The notes under the pieces were generated by a model, which saw only the letters and a program-made list of their open reading frames with translations, made no database searches and was not told the DNA's origin. A stretch of 64,000 bases of DNA from Lachnospiraceae bacterium (lineage in GTDB: Bacteria; Bacillota; Clostridia; Lachnospirales; Lachnospiraceae), in assembly GCA_017453065.1 (NCBI GenBank), contig JAFTKW010000006.1, forward strand, positions 22,173 to 86,172. The letters run 5' to 3'. This document shows, piece after piece, positions 49,238-59,004 of this stretch (its first letter is position 1; every line of letters begins with the position of its first letter). The position numbers and the translations under genes were made by a program.

Positions 49238-51190
49238 TTAGTCTTCCTTGGCAAGCAACATCATAATATCGTTGCTTCTAGCGATAAATTTAGTCATCTC
49301 CTCTGGACTAAGTGGTGCATGCTGCAGTTTTGCCAAATCATAAAGCTGCTGGCAAATCATATCTACATTGTCACCATCCTGATGAGCTACCACATACTGT
49401 ACCAACGGATGGTTTGCATTGAGCACCAGAGTCTCTCCCTCTGCACCAAAAGCACCTAAATCCATACCATTTACAGCATACATTTTCATCATATCCTGCA
49501 TTCTACGGCTCTCCTCAGAGAGGGTAATCATGGAGGAAATCTTCTTGTTTTTCAGTTTCTCTATTTTAACCTGAAGTGTCTCTTTTTTCAAAGATTTCTT
49601 CATCTGAGCTGCAATCACTTCCGCCTGCTCTTCCATCTCTTTTTCAGCCTTTTTGGATGTTTTCGCCTTAAAGGTATCGGTCAAGTCTGCATCGATTCGC
49701 TGGAATTTGATGTGTTGGTTCTTGCTCTCTAGCTGAGAGATAAATGGCTGGTCAATGTGGTGTGTCAAAACCACAGCATCCATCTTGGCAGCCTTGAACA
49801 TATTTACATACTGGCTCTGCTGCTGAAGATCTGTTACATAGTAAATGACTTTTTCAGGATTCTCCTCTGTCTGAGCATCTTCGCCATCCTCAGTTACCAC
49901 TTCTGCTTCCACCTGATTGCCTGCTTCATCTGTAACACTTTCCTCATCTACGTCCACAGGCTTCACTTCCAAGCACTCTGGAAGAGTCATGTAAATGCCG
50001 TCCAAATTCTTGAACAAGATATAATCTGTCATCTTCTCGCAGAACTTGTCATCCTTCAAGCAACCAAATTTGATAAATGGGCTGATATCATCCCAGTATT
50101 TCTCGTACTCTTCTTTTTCTGTCTTGCAAAGGCCTGCCAGTTTGTCTGCCACCTTCTTGGTGATGTAATCAGAAATCTTCTTCACAAAGCCATCGTTCTG
50201 AAGGGCACTTCTAGATACGTTCAATGGCAAATCAGGGCAGTCGATTACACCCTTAAGGAGCATCAAAAACTCTGGAATTACTTCTTTGATGTTGTCTGCG
50301 ATAAACACCTGATTGTTGTAAAGTTTAATTACGCCCTCAATGGACTCATATTCCATGTTAATCTTTGGGAAGTAAAGGATACCCTTTAAGTTGAAAGGAT
50401 AATCCATATTCAAATGAATCCAGAACAAAGGCTCCTTGTAGTCCTGGAACAGTTTGCGATAGAATTCCAGATACTCTTCTCTGGTGCACTCACTTGGATT
50501 CTTGGCCCAAAGAGGCTGGGTCTCATTTAAAAGCTCTGGCTCCTTGCCCTCTTCCATCTGTGCCTTGGACAAATAAATCTCTGTTGGCATAAAGGAACAA
50601 TATTTCTTGATTACTTCTTTTGCCTTGTACTCATTGCAAAACTCAAGCACATCCTCATTGAGGAACAAGGTAATAGTGGTACCTACGCTATCCTTTGTGC
50701 CATCTTCCATGGTAAATTCCGTACCGCCATCACACTCCCAGTGCACCGCAGTCGCACCATCTTTGTAGGACAAAGTATCGATATGCACTTCATCTGCCAC
50801 CATAAATGCAGAATAGAATCCCAAACCAAAATGACCAATAATCTGGTCTGCATTGCTCTTGTCCTTGTATTTTTCAATGAAATCTGTCGCGCCAGAAAAA
50901 GCAATCTGATTGATGTATTCTTCTACTTCTTCCGCAGTCATACCAAGACCGTTGTCTGTGAAAGTCAAAGTCTTCTCTTCTGGATTTACTACCACGTCAA
51001 TTCTAGGCTGATAGTCTACTGGAAGAGTATACTCTCCCATCATATCTAGCTTCTTAAGCTTGGTAATAGCATCACATCCGTTGGAAATCAGTTCTCTGTA
51101 AAAAATATCATGGTCGGAGTACAACCACTTTTTGATAATTGGAAAAATATTGTCACTGTTGATTGACAAACTACCTCTTTTTTGTGCCAT
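49238..51190 (-). CDS. htpG: Hsp90 chaperone HtpG
   Basis: IFYRELISNGCDA, DNGLGM, IIGHFGLGFYSAFMVA, PLNVSRSALQ. Confidence 0.96.
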   Translation of the reverse strand: MAQKRGSLSINSDNIFPIIKKWLYSDHDIFYRELISNGCDAITKLKKLDMMGEYTLPVDYQPRIDVVVNPEEKTLTFTDNGLGMTAEEVEEYINQIAFSGATDFIEKYKDKSNADQIIGHFGLGFYSAFMVADEVHIDTLSYKDGATAVHWECDGGTEFTMEDGTKDSVGTTITLFLNEDVLEFCNEYKAKEVIKKYCSFMPTEIYLSKAQMEEGKEPELLNETQPLWAKNPSECTREEYLEFYRKLFQDYKEPLFWIHLNMDYPFNLKGILYFPKINMEYESIEGVIKLYNNQVFIADNIKEVIPEFLMLLKGVIDCPDLPLNVSRSALQNDGFVKKISDYITKKVADKLAGLCKTEKEEYEKYWDDISPFIKFGCLKDDKFCEKMTDYILFKNLDGIYMTLPECLEVKPVDVDEESVTDEAGNQVEAEVVTEDGEDAQTEENPEKVIYYVTDLQQQSQYVNMFKAAKMDAVVLTHHIDQPFISQLESKNQHIKFQRIDADLTDTFKAKTSKKAEKEMEEQAEVIAAQMKKSLKKETLQVKIEKLKNKKISSMITLSEESRRMQDMMKMYAVNGMDLGAFGAEGETLVLNANHPLVQYVVAHQDGDNVDMICQQLYDLAKLQHAPLSPEEMTKFIARSNDIMMLLAKED

Positions 51191-51264
51191 AAAAACTTAC
51201 ACTTCCTTTCTTTAAAAACCCTGAAATTATTCCAAAAAGCACTGGAATTTCTTCACTAAATATA

Positions 51265-51292
51265 AGTTTAATCCAACCAAAATAAAAGTCAA
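51265..51292 (-). promoter_or_regulatory. Putative sigma-A promoter of htpG
   Basis: Minus strand TTGACT-16 bp-TAAACT, directly downstream of the CIRCE. Confidence 0.5.
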
Positions 51293-51300
51293 TACAAAAA

Positions 51301-51327
51301 TTAGCACTCGCAGGTCGCGAGTGCTAA
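51301..51327. promoter_or_regulatory. CIRCE element (HrcA operator)
   Basis: Perfect TTAGCACTC-N9-GAGTGCTAA upstream of htpG. Confidence 0.95.
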
Positions 51328-51396
51328 TGACATCTCTCAAATGCTGATAAAATGGGCATTTGTCAGTTTCTAAAATTTTTGTAAACCGCCTCGGAT

Positions 51397-51867
51397 TTAC
51401 AGAGATTTAGCTCTATCCTCCACATTTTTCTTGAAGTTCTTCACGTCATGGTCATATTCCATCTCCATATATTTGGAGGTGATCAAAAAGTCCGCTGTGG
51501 CTTTGTTGTTTGCAATAGGAATATCATAAACCTGTGCAATGCGAAGAAGAGCCTTTACATCAGGATCATGAGGCTGTGCAGTCAACGGATCAGAGAAAAA
51601 GATAATAAAGTCAACTCTTCCCTCTACAATCTTGGCACCAATCTGCTGGTCACCGCCGAGAGGACCACTATTGTATCCGCGCACTGGAAGTCCAGTATGC
51701 TCTGTAATCATCTTCGCAGTAGTACCTGTACCACACAAAAAATGATTCTTTAAAATATCTTTGTTTTCATTGCACCATTCAATCAATGTATGCTTCATGT
51801 TGTCATGGGCAATCAATGCAATGTTTTTGGTCTTGCCAATCGTCAGTGTGAGAAAGTCTTCTGCCAT
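51397..51867 (-). CDS. mgsA: Methylglyoxal synthase
   Basis: IALIAHD, GTGTT, SGPLGGDQQIG, PHDPDVKALLR. Confidence 0.95.
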   Translation of the reverse strand: MAEDFLTLTIGKTKNIALIAHDNMKHTLIEWCNENKDILKNHFLCGTGTTAKMITEHTGLPVRGYNSGPLGGDQQIGAKIVEGRVDFIIFFSDPLTAQPHDPDVKALLRIAQVYDIPIANNKATADFLITSKYMEMEYDHDVKNFKKNVEDRAKSL

Positions 51868-51998
51868 GTCATATCTCCTTTGTCTCTACATTCATAGCTT
51901 TTACATACTTTGCGTGTGCGAAGAAACCTACATCACAAGCATTTTTCTATCTCTCAGTTTAGCTTTATCTGCAATAATTGTCAAATTTTGGTAACGTA

Positions 51999-53087
51999 TT
52001 AGAAATACTCTTCATACACGTCAAAGAAATCCTTGGTGTCCACTTGCGGGTCATGCAGGAAGGTTACCTGCTGCCACAACTCGTCATTGAGTTTGCGCGT
52101 CAGTTTGTCCACAAAAGCATCGTACTCCAAGCCAAACACTTCCTTACGACGTTGTTCCACAATCTTAATCTTGTTTAGATCCGTTTCTTCCCTGTCAAAA
52201 GTACTGATGCACTTGATGATGTGATACCCAAACTCACTCTCTACCACCTGACTGATTTCTCCGCCAGCCAAATCAAAGGCTGCCGCTTCAAAATCAGGGT
52301 CCATTTCCCCTTTGCCAAAGGAATATCTAGCGATCGGATCTTCACTGTACTTAGAAATCAGTGCCTCAAATTCCTGCTTTCCCTCCAGTGCAAGGGCCAA
52401 TATCTCCTGCGCTTTTTCATAGGCCTGCGCTTTTGCATGTTCTGTATATTCTACTCTTTTGCCAGTTCCGTCTGTAGTATAGGTTTTGATCAAAATATGC
52501 TGCACCACTATGGTTCTGGCCTCGTCATCGCTGATTTCCGGATTGATATCATGGATGATCTGCTGATAAACCTTCTGTGCCAGGGCATATTCCTGATACA
52601 TAGACTGCAACATCTCTTGTGTAATCCCTAAAAGTTCCACTTCTTTGTCGCTTAAAGAAGTATAGTACCTCTCTGCTGCCTTGGCCGCTGCCTCCTGCTC
52701 GTCCAAAGAAAGTGCCACTCCTCTGGACTCTGCCAAAAGGTTCATACTCTTCACCTGCGCAATTCGAGCCAACACAGTTTCCTTCACATTTTCTTCTAGG
52801 GTCTCACCCTCTAAGTCTGCCTCCCAGATTTCCTTGCCATACACACTCTCATACTGATTCTGTGTATTGGTCAAATAAACCATAATCTCTGGCAAACTAC
52901 AGGATGCGGTTTCAATTCGAAAAACTTCGTCCTTTTTAAATCCTGTAGTCAATACCACTTTGGTTCCGTTTCCAGCCTCACCACAAGCGGTGGCGAGAAG
53001 CATTACCACAAGAAGCAAACTCACAATCTTTATTCTGTTTGTTCTCTCTTTTCTTACTTTATTCCACATAGTCCTATCCAAAAACAA
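51999..53087 (-). CDS. PrsA-like parvulin peptidyl-prolyl isomerase lipoprotein
   Basis: Lipobox LATAC; HILIK, KYSED, MDPDFEAAAF, VESEFGYHII. True start is probably slightly downstream. Confidence 0.85.
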   Translation of the reverse strand: MFLDRTMWNKVRKERTNRIKIVSLLLVVMLLATACGEAGNGTKVVLTTGFKKDEVFRIETASCSLPEIMVYLTNTQNQYESVYGKEIWEADLEGETLEENVKETVLARIAQVKSMNLLAESRGVALSLDEQEAAAKAAERYYTSLSDKEVELLGITQEMLQSMYQEYALAQKVYQQIIHDINPEISDDEARTIVVQHILIKTYTTDGTGKRVEYTEHAKAQAYEKAQEILALALEGKQEFEALISKYSEDPIARYSFGKGEMDPDFEAAAFDLAGGEISQVVESEFGYHIIKCISTFDREETDLNKIKIVEQRRKEVFGLEYDAFVDKLTRKLNDELWQQVTFLHDPQVDTKDFFDVYEEYF

Positions 53088-53133
53088 TATTTTCCCTTGA
53101 AATCATAGCAAAAAACAAGGCCTTTGAGAAGAG

Positions 53134-55779
53134 TTAATTCACGATTTTGACCGTACTTCCCCCACTACTTCTCTCCACCACAATCTGATTGGATATGCGC
53201 TCGCGAAGTTCCTGCACATGGGATATGATTCCAATCATGCGATTGTGCTCTACCAGACTCTGCATGGTCTCACATGCCTGGTCTAAGGACTCTCCGTCCA
53301 AGGCTCCAAAGCCTTCATCTACAAACAGTACATCCACTTTGATGCCACCACTCATGGCTTGAATCACATCGCTCAATCCTAGTGCAAGAGAAAGGGAAGC
53401 CTTAAAGGATTCTCCTCCAGACAAGGTTTTGATTGGTCTTGCCTTGCCAGTATAGTAGTCCATTACCTCTATCTCTAAGCTGTCCTTTCTGCGGGCATCT
53501 CCCACTTCTTCCATGCGAGCCATCTCATATCTTCCGCCCGTCATCTTGGAAAAACGGAGATTTGCCGCGCGCAGAATTTCATCAAAGTATCCTGCCAGCA
53601 CATACTGTTCAAAGACCAGATTTGCGCTGTTTCTACCAGACGCTAGAGACTCCAAGTCTTTGACATAACCATACTCTGTTTCCACCTGCACCAATATTTC
53701 CATCTTGTCCTTGATGGCATCCTTGGTCTCTTTTACCGCATCTGACAGGCTGCCAAGCTGTTGCATCTGCAGGCGAAGATTCTCACGCTGCGTTTTTGCC
53801 AAAGCCGTCTGCTCTGAAAGAGTGGTTTCCTCCTGTCTTTCTTTGCCCTCTAATTCTGCCTCCAAATGGTCCTTTAACTGAATTGCAGCTGCCATATCCT
53901 GTTGATGTCTTGCAATTCTAGCCTGTATCTCAGACTGTTTTTCTCTAGTCAGTAGGCTACCTCTATAGGCATCCTCATCCTGAAAGCCTTTCTCCTTCAG
54001 TGCCTTCATTAAAGCTTCTGCTTTGCTATCTTTTTCCTTCTCGGCTTCCAATACGCTTTCTCTCAGGCGCTTCATCTCTGTCACTTTGCCCTCTAGCAAT
54101 CCTGCCATCTGAGCAAATCTCTGCTGTTTGGTGCGCAGCATAGACATAGAAAGTCCCTCAATAGAAATCTCTTTTTCTTCTAAAAAAGCTTCTCTTGTAA
54201 CCAGCTCTTCCTGCTGAGTTTTCTTCGCCTCCTGCAGATTGAAAGCTTCTTTTTGCAAACTCTCTTGGCTCATCTGGTTTTCCAAAAGGGCTTTATGGCT
54301 CTCTTGCAAAACTTCTTCTTTCTTGACAAAAGTTTCATTTAACTGGTCTAATTCCTGCTCTGTTGGAACCTCTTTTGCCAACGTGGCAGGCATAGGATGC
54401 TCTATACTTCCGCACACTGGGCAAGGCTCACCTTGTTTTAGCATAGTGGTCGCCACGATGCCTACCATACCTCGTTTGTATGCCTTGTCAGCCAGTTCAA
54501 ACGCTTCCTTTGCCAGATCTCTATCCTGTTCTAGCTGAAGATAGACTTCTCTGGCCTTCTCAAGCTGCGCCGCCTTTTGCGCCAATTTGCTGGTGTTTTC
54601 CTCCAGTGCTCGTTCTGTTTCTACTAGTTTGTCCCGCAGCTGCAATAGTTCTTCCATCTGAACGCCAAACTGGCCAAATACCGTCAGCCCCTGTTGCTCT
54701 TTTAGAAGTTCACTGTATTCCTCCTTAAGTGCCTCTTCCTGTCTGACTGTTTTGTCATACTGAGCATTGGCCTCTACACTCGCCTGTTCAAAAACCTTTA
54801 CCTCAGAAGCAGCCATAGCAAGAACCAAAGCCTGCTGCCAGGACTTCACCTGTGCCTCCTGGGCCTGCAATGCTTCTATATTTATCCTCACCTGCGTTAA
54901 CTGGTCAAACTTGCGATTCAATTCCTTTACAGCACTTTCTCTTGCTGCCAATTCCTGAAAACGTTTGTCCAATTGTTCATAGGTTAGTTCCAAATCTTTT
55001 TTCTGCGAAGCAATATCTTTGTGCCACTTGCTTAAAACATCCAATACACTTTGATAATGGATGTTGTCTTTGCCTAACCACTCTAAGAATGCTAGTCCTT
55101 CTTCAAATTCTGCAACTCCCGGTCTGTCGCCCAAGATTTGCAAGGCTTCTTCGAGCTTGTTCTTTAATGCCTTATCTTTGTCCTCCAAGGCTCTTACCTT
55201 GGACTTTAAAATACTTGTAAAACGGTCAAAAATATGGGTTCCAAATATTTCACGGAATATAGCCACTTTTTCTTTGGAACTGGCATTCAGCAATTTGGAA
55301 AACTGTCCCTGTGCCAGCATAGATATCTGTTTAAATTGGTTGTAATCCAGCACCAATATCTCCAAAAGTTTGGCGTTTACCTCTTTAATTCCCTCCAATA
55401 CCCTTCCATCTTGGTAGGTAAGAATGGCATTTTCTTTTTCCTTGGTAAATTCCGCCTCGCCACTGCGGCGCTTTTTAGGGCGCAGATACTCTGGATTGCG
55501 ATAAATCTCATATATTTGGCCACCATGTTCCATGATAAGCTTCACAAAAGTCTGAACATCCCCGCTTGCAAAGTCACTTCGCACAGTTCCTTTTTCGCGC
55601 ATATCACCACTCAAATTGCCATATAGCGCATAACTGATGGCATCAAAAATAGTAGTCTTTCCTGCTCCCGTTGGTCCAGTAATCAGAAAAAGGCCTGTCT
55701 GTTGTATTTTTTCAAAATTGATTTCTACTAGGTCCTTGTAAGGTCCCCAGCCACTGATGGTTAAGTAAAGTGGTCTCAT
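53134..55779 (-). CDS. sbcC: SbcC (Rad50-like SMC ATPase)
   Basis: GPTGAGKT, LAQGQF, zinc hook CPVC, LSGGE, VLFVDEGFG, ISH. Confidence 0.93.
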   Translation of the reverse strand: MRPLYLTISGWGPYKDLVEINFEKIQQTGLFLITGPTGAGKTTIFDAISYALYGNLSGDMREKGTVRSDFASGDVQTFVKLIMEHGGQIYEIYRNPEYLRPKKRRSGEAEFTKEKENAILTYQDGRVLEGIKEVNAKLLEILVLDYNQFKQISMLAQGQFSKLLNASSKEKVAIFREIFGTHIFDRFTSILKSKVRALEDKDKALKNKLEEALQILGDRPGVAEFEEGLAFLEWLGKDNIHYQSVLDVLSKWHKDIASQKKDLELTYEQLDKRFQELAARESAVKELNRKFDQLTQVRINIEALQAQEAQVKSWQQALVLAMAASEVKVFEQASVEANAQYDKTVRQEEALKEEYSELLKEQQGLTVFGQFGVQMEELLQLRDKLVETERALEENTSKLAQKAAQLEKAREVYLQLEQDRDLAKEAFELADKAYKRGMVGIVATTMLKQGEPCPVCGSIEHPMPATLAKEVPTEQELDQLNETFVKKEEVLQESHKALLENQMSQESLQKEAFNLQEAKKTQQEELVTREAFLEEKEISIEGLSMSMLRTKQQRFAQMAGLLEGKVTEMKRLRESVLEAEKEKDSKAEALMKALKEKGFQDEDAYRGSLLTREKQSEIQARIARHQQDMAAAIQLKDHLEAELEGKERQEETTLSEQTALAKTQRENLRLQMQQLGSLSDAVKETKDAIKDKMEILVQVETEYGYVKDLESLASGRNSANLVFEQYVLAGYFDEILRAANLRFSKMTGGRYEMARMEEVGDARRKDSLEIEVMDYYTGKARPIKTLSGGESFKASLSLALGLSDVIQAMSGGIKVDVLFVDEGFGALDGESLDQACETMQSLVEHNRMIGIISHVQELRERISNQIVVERSSGGSTVKIVN

Positions 55780-55836
55780 AAATTTCCTCTATTTCTCACT
55801 TCCGCCTGCGCAGCTAACTCTCTGCGCTAGCTTTTG

Positions 55837-57081
55837 TTACTCCTTGCCCTCTGCTTCCTGGGCAATTTCACGCACTATCCTTGCCCTCTCTTCATCCATA
55901 GGTTCGCCTCTAAGCATCTCATAAAAACCATGGAACATTTCTTCCGTCGTCTGGTTTGCCACCTTGACGCCCAAGGAAAAGGCTTCTTCCTGTTCCTTTA
56001 AATACTTTTTAAGCGCTATCTGCATGGTATTTGGATACACACTGCGAAGGCTACTCATGGGGTCTAACAGCTCAACTTCATCTGTTAAAATAGCCTGTAT
56101 GTAATCCTCTTTTCCTAATGTATCTGCAAGGCCTGTCTTCAGCAATTCCTCCAGTTTGCCCTCTAAAACTCGCATCTCTCTAAGAGGCTTTAGAGCTACT
56201 TTTTCTACATCAATATCCCCCTTAGCACCCAAAGTAACAAGGTTTACGCTTTTGTTTCCTTGCACTTCCGAAAAAGAATATTTAAGTGGCGAGCCCGCAT
56301 AATACACATGCCCCTTTCCAATTCGCTGTGGCTTGTGAATGTGTCCAAGCGCCACATAATCATATAGGGCAAAAAGGGATGCAGGCACATTGTCCAGGCC
56401 TCCCACCTGCACTGTAGTTTCCGAATCAGAAAGTTCTGGCTGCTCTCCACCTTCTCCTGTCACAAAAAAGTGGGTAACCATCACTCTTCGCGTAGCTAAA
56501 TCCATAGTGGTTGGCAGATTGGACAATACATTTTCCACTGCCCCTGCGGCATCCTTTGCCCCCACTACTGCAGGCTTTACAAATGGGAAAAGCACAAATT
56601 CAACAGTGCCATGTTCATCGTCAAAGACCACTCTTTTGACCCGGTCTGCCGGGCTACCTGCATCAGCGCCCTCTCCTACTTGTGCGCCGGCTCCTGCGCT
56701 GGCTCCTGCACTGGCTCCTGCACTGGCTCCTGCGATGGCTCCTGCATTTGCTCCTGCACTGGCTCCTGCGATGTAGAGCCCTTGGTGCTCCAAGATGCGA
56801 TCTGCAAACGCCACGCGCTCTGCGCTGTCATGGTTTCCACTAATCATCAGCACCTTGATGCCCATATGCAAAAGACTAGTCAGAAACTCATCCAGTAGCT
56901 GCACTGCCTCGGTTGGCGGAATCGATCTGTCATACACATCCCCTGCAATCACCACCGCATCTACCTGCCTATTTGCAGCAATCTCAAGTATCTGGTTCAA
57001 TATATATCGTTGGTCTTCCAGCATGGAAAACTCATTTACTATTTTTCCTATATGCAAATCACCTGTGTGTAGAAATTTCAT
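55837..57081 (-). CDS. sbcD: SbcD (Mre11-like nuclease) with Ala/Gly repeat insertion
   Basis: HTGDLHIG, AGDVYD, SGNHDS, ALGHIH, YAGSPLKYSFSE. Confidence 0.93.
   Translation of the reverse strand: MKFLHTGDLHIGKIVNEFSMLEDQRYILNQILEIAANRQVDAVVIAGDVYDRSIPPTEAVQLLDEFLTSLLHMGIKVLMISGNHDSAERVAFADRILEHQGLYIAGASAGANAGAIAGASAGASAGASAGAGAQVGEGADAGSPADRVKRVVFDDEHGTVEFVLFPFVKPAVVGAKDAAGAVENVLSNLPTTMDLATRRVMVTHFFVTGEGGEQPELSDSETTVQVGGLDNVPASLFALYDYVALGHIHKPQRIGKGHVYYAGSPLKYSFSEVQGNKSVNLVTLGAKGDIDVEKVALKPLREMRVLEGKLEELLKTGLADTLGKEDYIQAILTDEVELLDPMSSLRSVYPNTMQIALKKYLKEQEEAFSLGVKVANQTTEEMFHGFYEMLRGEPMDEERARIVREIAQEAEGKE
56689..56772. repeat. In-frame 12-bp tandem repeat x7 inside sbcD
   Basis: GGCTCCTGC(A/G)(C/A/T)T units encoding IAGA-SAGA-NAGA-IAGA-SAGA-SAGA-SAGA. 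Confidence 0.9.
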
Positions 57082-57230
57082 ATATTTTCCCTTTCTTTAG
57101 TCGCACTTTTCATCCCGTCAAAACACTATCCTAATTATACGCTACTCGGTGGCGTCTTTGGAAGTGATTTATTGAAATAATATCCCTATATGCCTAGTGA
57201 ATTGGGTCTGATTGCTTCTTTATCACCTCT

Positions 57231-57550
57231 CAGTGCCCAATCTTGTTTCGTTTTGGGCACTGGGACACCTTCAAGCCTCTCCTGTGCCCAATCCTTTCCA
57301 CCCTTTGGGCACTGGGGCGCCTTCATATCCTTCCTGTGCCCAATCCTTTCCACCCTTTGGGCACTGGGGCGCCTTCATATCTCTCCTGTGCCCAATTCTT
57401 TTCGTTTTGGGCACTGAGGCGCCTTCATATCCCTCCTGTGTCCAATTCTTTTTCGTTTTGGGCACTGGGGCGCCTTCATATCCCTCCTGTGCCCAATTCT
57501 TTCCACCCTTTGGGCACTGTGACACTTTCAAGCCCTTCCTGTGCCCAATT
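57231..57550. repeat. Tandem array of about 6.3 palindromic 50-52 bp units
   Basis: Unit CCTGTGCCCAA-(TCCTTTCCACCCT or TTCTTTTCGTT-like)-TTGGGCACTGGGGCGCCTTCATATCCCT; starts at 57231, 57281, 57333, 57385, 57435, 57486, 57538 (partial). Confidence 0.9.
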
Positions 57551-57744
57551 CCCATCCGCGTCAGGGCCACATGCAAGCATGCGGCCTGATTATCGACCGT
57601 CAAATGAACTTCCAAGTCCCACTTCCAGAACCATGCTGCTTCGCATCATTCGTAACGCTTCACATTACTTTTGGTTCTGTCAGTGCTGCGCCAAGGAAAG
57701 TAGATACAAACTTTGTTTGTGCTTACTTTCCTTTTGCGCACAGC

Positions 57745-57807
57745 AAAAAAGCGCGCACCCTTCTTCACACCCACCTAATAGATGAAGCATGAAGAAAAGC
57801 ACACGCC
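57745..57807 (-). terminator. Long GU-rich intrinsic terminator of ilvE
   Basis: Minus strand GCGTGTGC..TTCTTCATGCTTCATCTA-t-TAGGTGGGTGTGAAGAA..GTGCGCGC followed by TTTTTT. Confidence 0.7.
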
Positions 57808-57825
57808 CTTATAGCATTGAAAAGA

Positions 57826-58851
57826 CTATTTAATTACATGAATCCAGCCTTCTGGAGCCTCGATACGTCCCATCTGGATACCAGTCAGTGTATCATAAAG
57901 TTTCTTGGTGATAGGTCCCATCTCCTGCATACCACTTGGAAGGCAAATCTCTCTGCCGTGGTCAACAATCTTGCCCACTGGAGAGATAACTGCTGCTGTA
58001 CCACAAAGACCACATTCTGCCATATCATCAAGTTCAGAAAGATATACTTCTCTTTCTTCTACTTCAAGTCCCAAGTACTCCTTCGCTACATAAAGAAGGG
58101 AACGTCTAGTGATAGAAGGAAGAATGCTGTCAGACTTAGGTGTAACCACCTTTCCATCTTTTGTTACGAACAAGAAGTTCGCTCCACCTGTCTCTTCAAC
58201 CTTTGTTCTGGTTGCAGCATCCAAGTACATATTCTCATCGTAGCCTTCTTCATGGGCTGTTACAATCGCATGCAAACTCATAGCGTAGTTAAGGCCTGCT
58301 TTGATGTGTCCAGTGCCGTTTGGTGCTGCTCTGTCAAAATCACTTACCTTGATGGTAAGAGGCTTTACGCCGCCCTTAAAGTAAGGGCCAACTGGAGTAC
58401 AGAACACTCTGAACTGATAGTCGTTGGCTGGCTTAACACCGATAACTGGGTTGATGCCAAACATATATGGACGAATATAAAGAGTTGCTCCGCTTCCATA
58501 AGGTGGTACATACGCTTCGTTGGCAGCTACTACCTGTGTGATTGCCTCAATGAAACGCTCCTTAGGGAACACTGGCATTTCAAGGCGCTTAGCGGAATCA
58601 ACCATACGCTCTGCATTTAAGTCAGGACGGAATGTGACGATATGACCATCCTCAGTAGTATATGCCTTCAGACCTTCAAAAATAGTCTGCGCATACTGAA
58701 GAACACCAGCACACTCACTCATAGTAATCATGGAGTCAGAAATTAATGCACCTTCATCCCATGCTCCGTTTGTAAAGTTGGAGACATATCTCTTGTCGGT
58801 TTCCACATAACCGAATCCCAGGTTTGCCCAATCAATGTTTTTCTTTTCCAT
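57826..58851 (-). CDS. ilvE: Branched-chain amino acid aminotransferase
   Basis: LQYAQTIFEGLKAY, LYIRP, KAGLNYA, EETGGAN, ILPSITR, CGTAAVISP. Confidence 0.95.
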   Translation of the reverse strand: MEKKNIDWANLGFGYVETDKRYVSNFTNGAWDEGALISDSMITMSECAGVLQYAQTIFEGLKAYTTEDGHIVTFRPDLNAERMVDSAKRLEMPVFPKERFIEAITQVVAANEAYVPPYGSGATLYIRPYMFGINPVIGVKPANDYQFRVFCTPVGPYFKGGVKPLTIKVSDFDRAAPNGTGHIKAGLNYAMSLHAIVTAHEEGYDENMYLDAATRTKVEETGGANFLFVTKDGKVVTPKSDSILPSITRRSLLYVAKEYLGLEVEEREVYLSELDDMAECGLCGTAAVISPVGKIVDHGREICLPSGMQEMGPITKKLYDTLTGIQMGRIEAPEGWIHVIK

Positions 58852-58930
58852 GTCTTTTACCTCCTGTCAAAAAAACTAAAACCATTATTATACTTTTTAG
58901 AGCAAAAGTCAACCTTTAACACATAAAAGT

Positions 58931-58944
58931 TTTAACATGTTAAA
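58931..58944. promoter_or_regulatory. Perfect 14-bp palindrome upstream of ilvE (candidate TF site)
   Basis: TTTAACATGTTAAA, with a degenerate copy CTTTAACACATAAAAG at 58914-58929. Confidence 0.4.
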
Positions 58945-59004
58945 GTGTATCAATAAATTTTTAGGGGTGATTCAAAACCACCCCCAAAAACACCTTAAAA
59001 TAAA

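Noticed and set aside
53134-57081. SMC-based defence system (Wadjet/Lamassu)
   Set aside because: Zinc-hook Rad50-type ATPase paired with an Mre11-type nuclease is ordinary SbcCD.
57231-57550. CRISPR array
   Set aside because: The sequences between palindromes are short and near-identical rather than unique spacers, and there are no cas genes in the window.
57190-57792. Overlapping ORFs (75-180 aa) across the repeat array
   Set aside because: Products simply mirror the 50-52 bp repeat in several frames, with no RBS or family motifs.
57817-58620. 267-aa plus-strand ORF, and similar antisense ORFs at 7363-8148, 22954-23652, 32254-32892, 49757-50389
   Set aside because: Shadow frames opposite conserved genes, with atypical composition.
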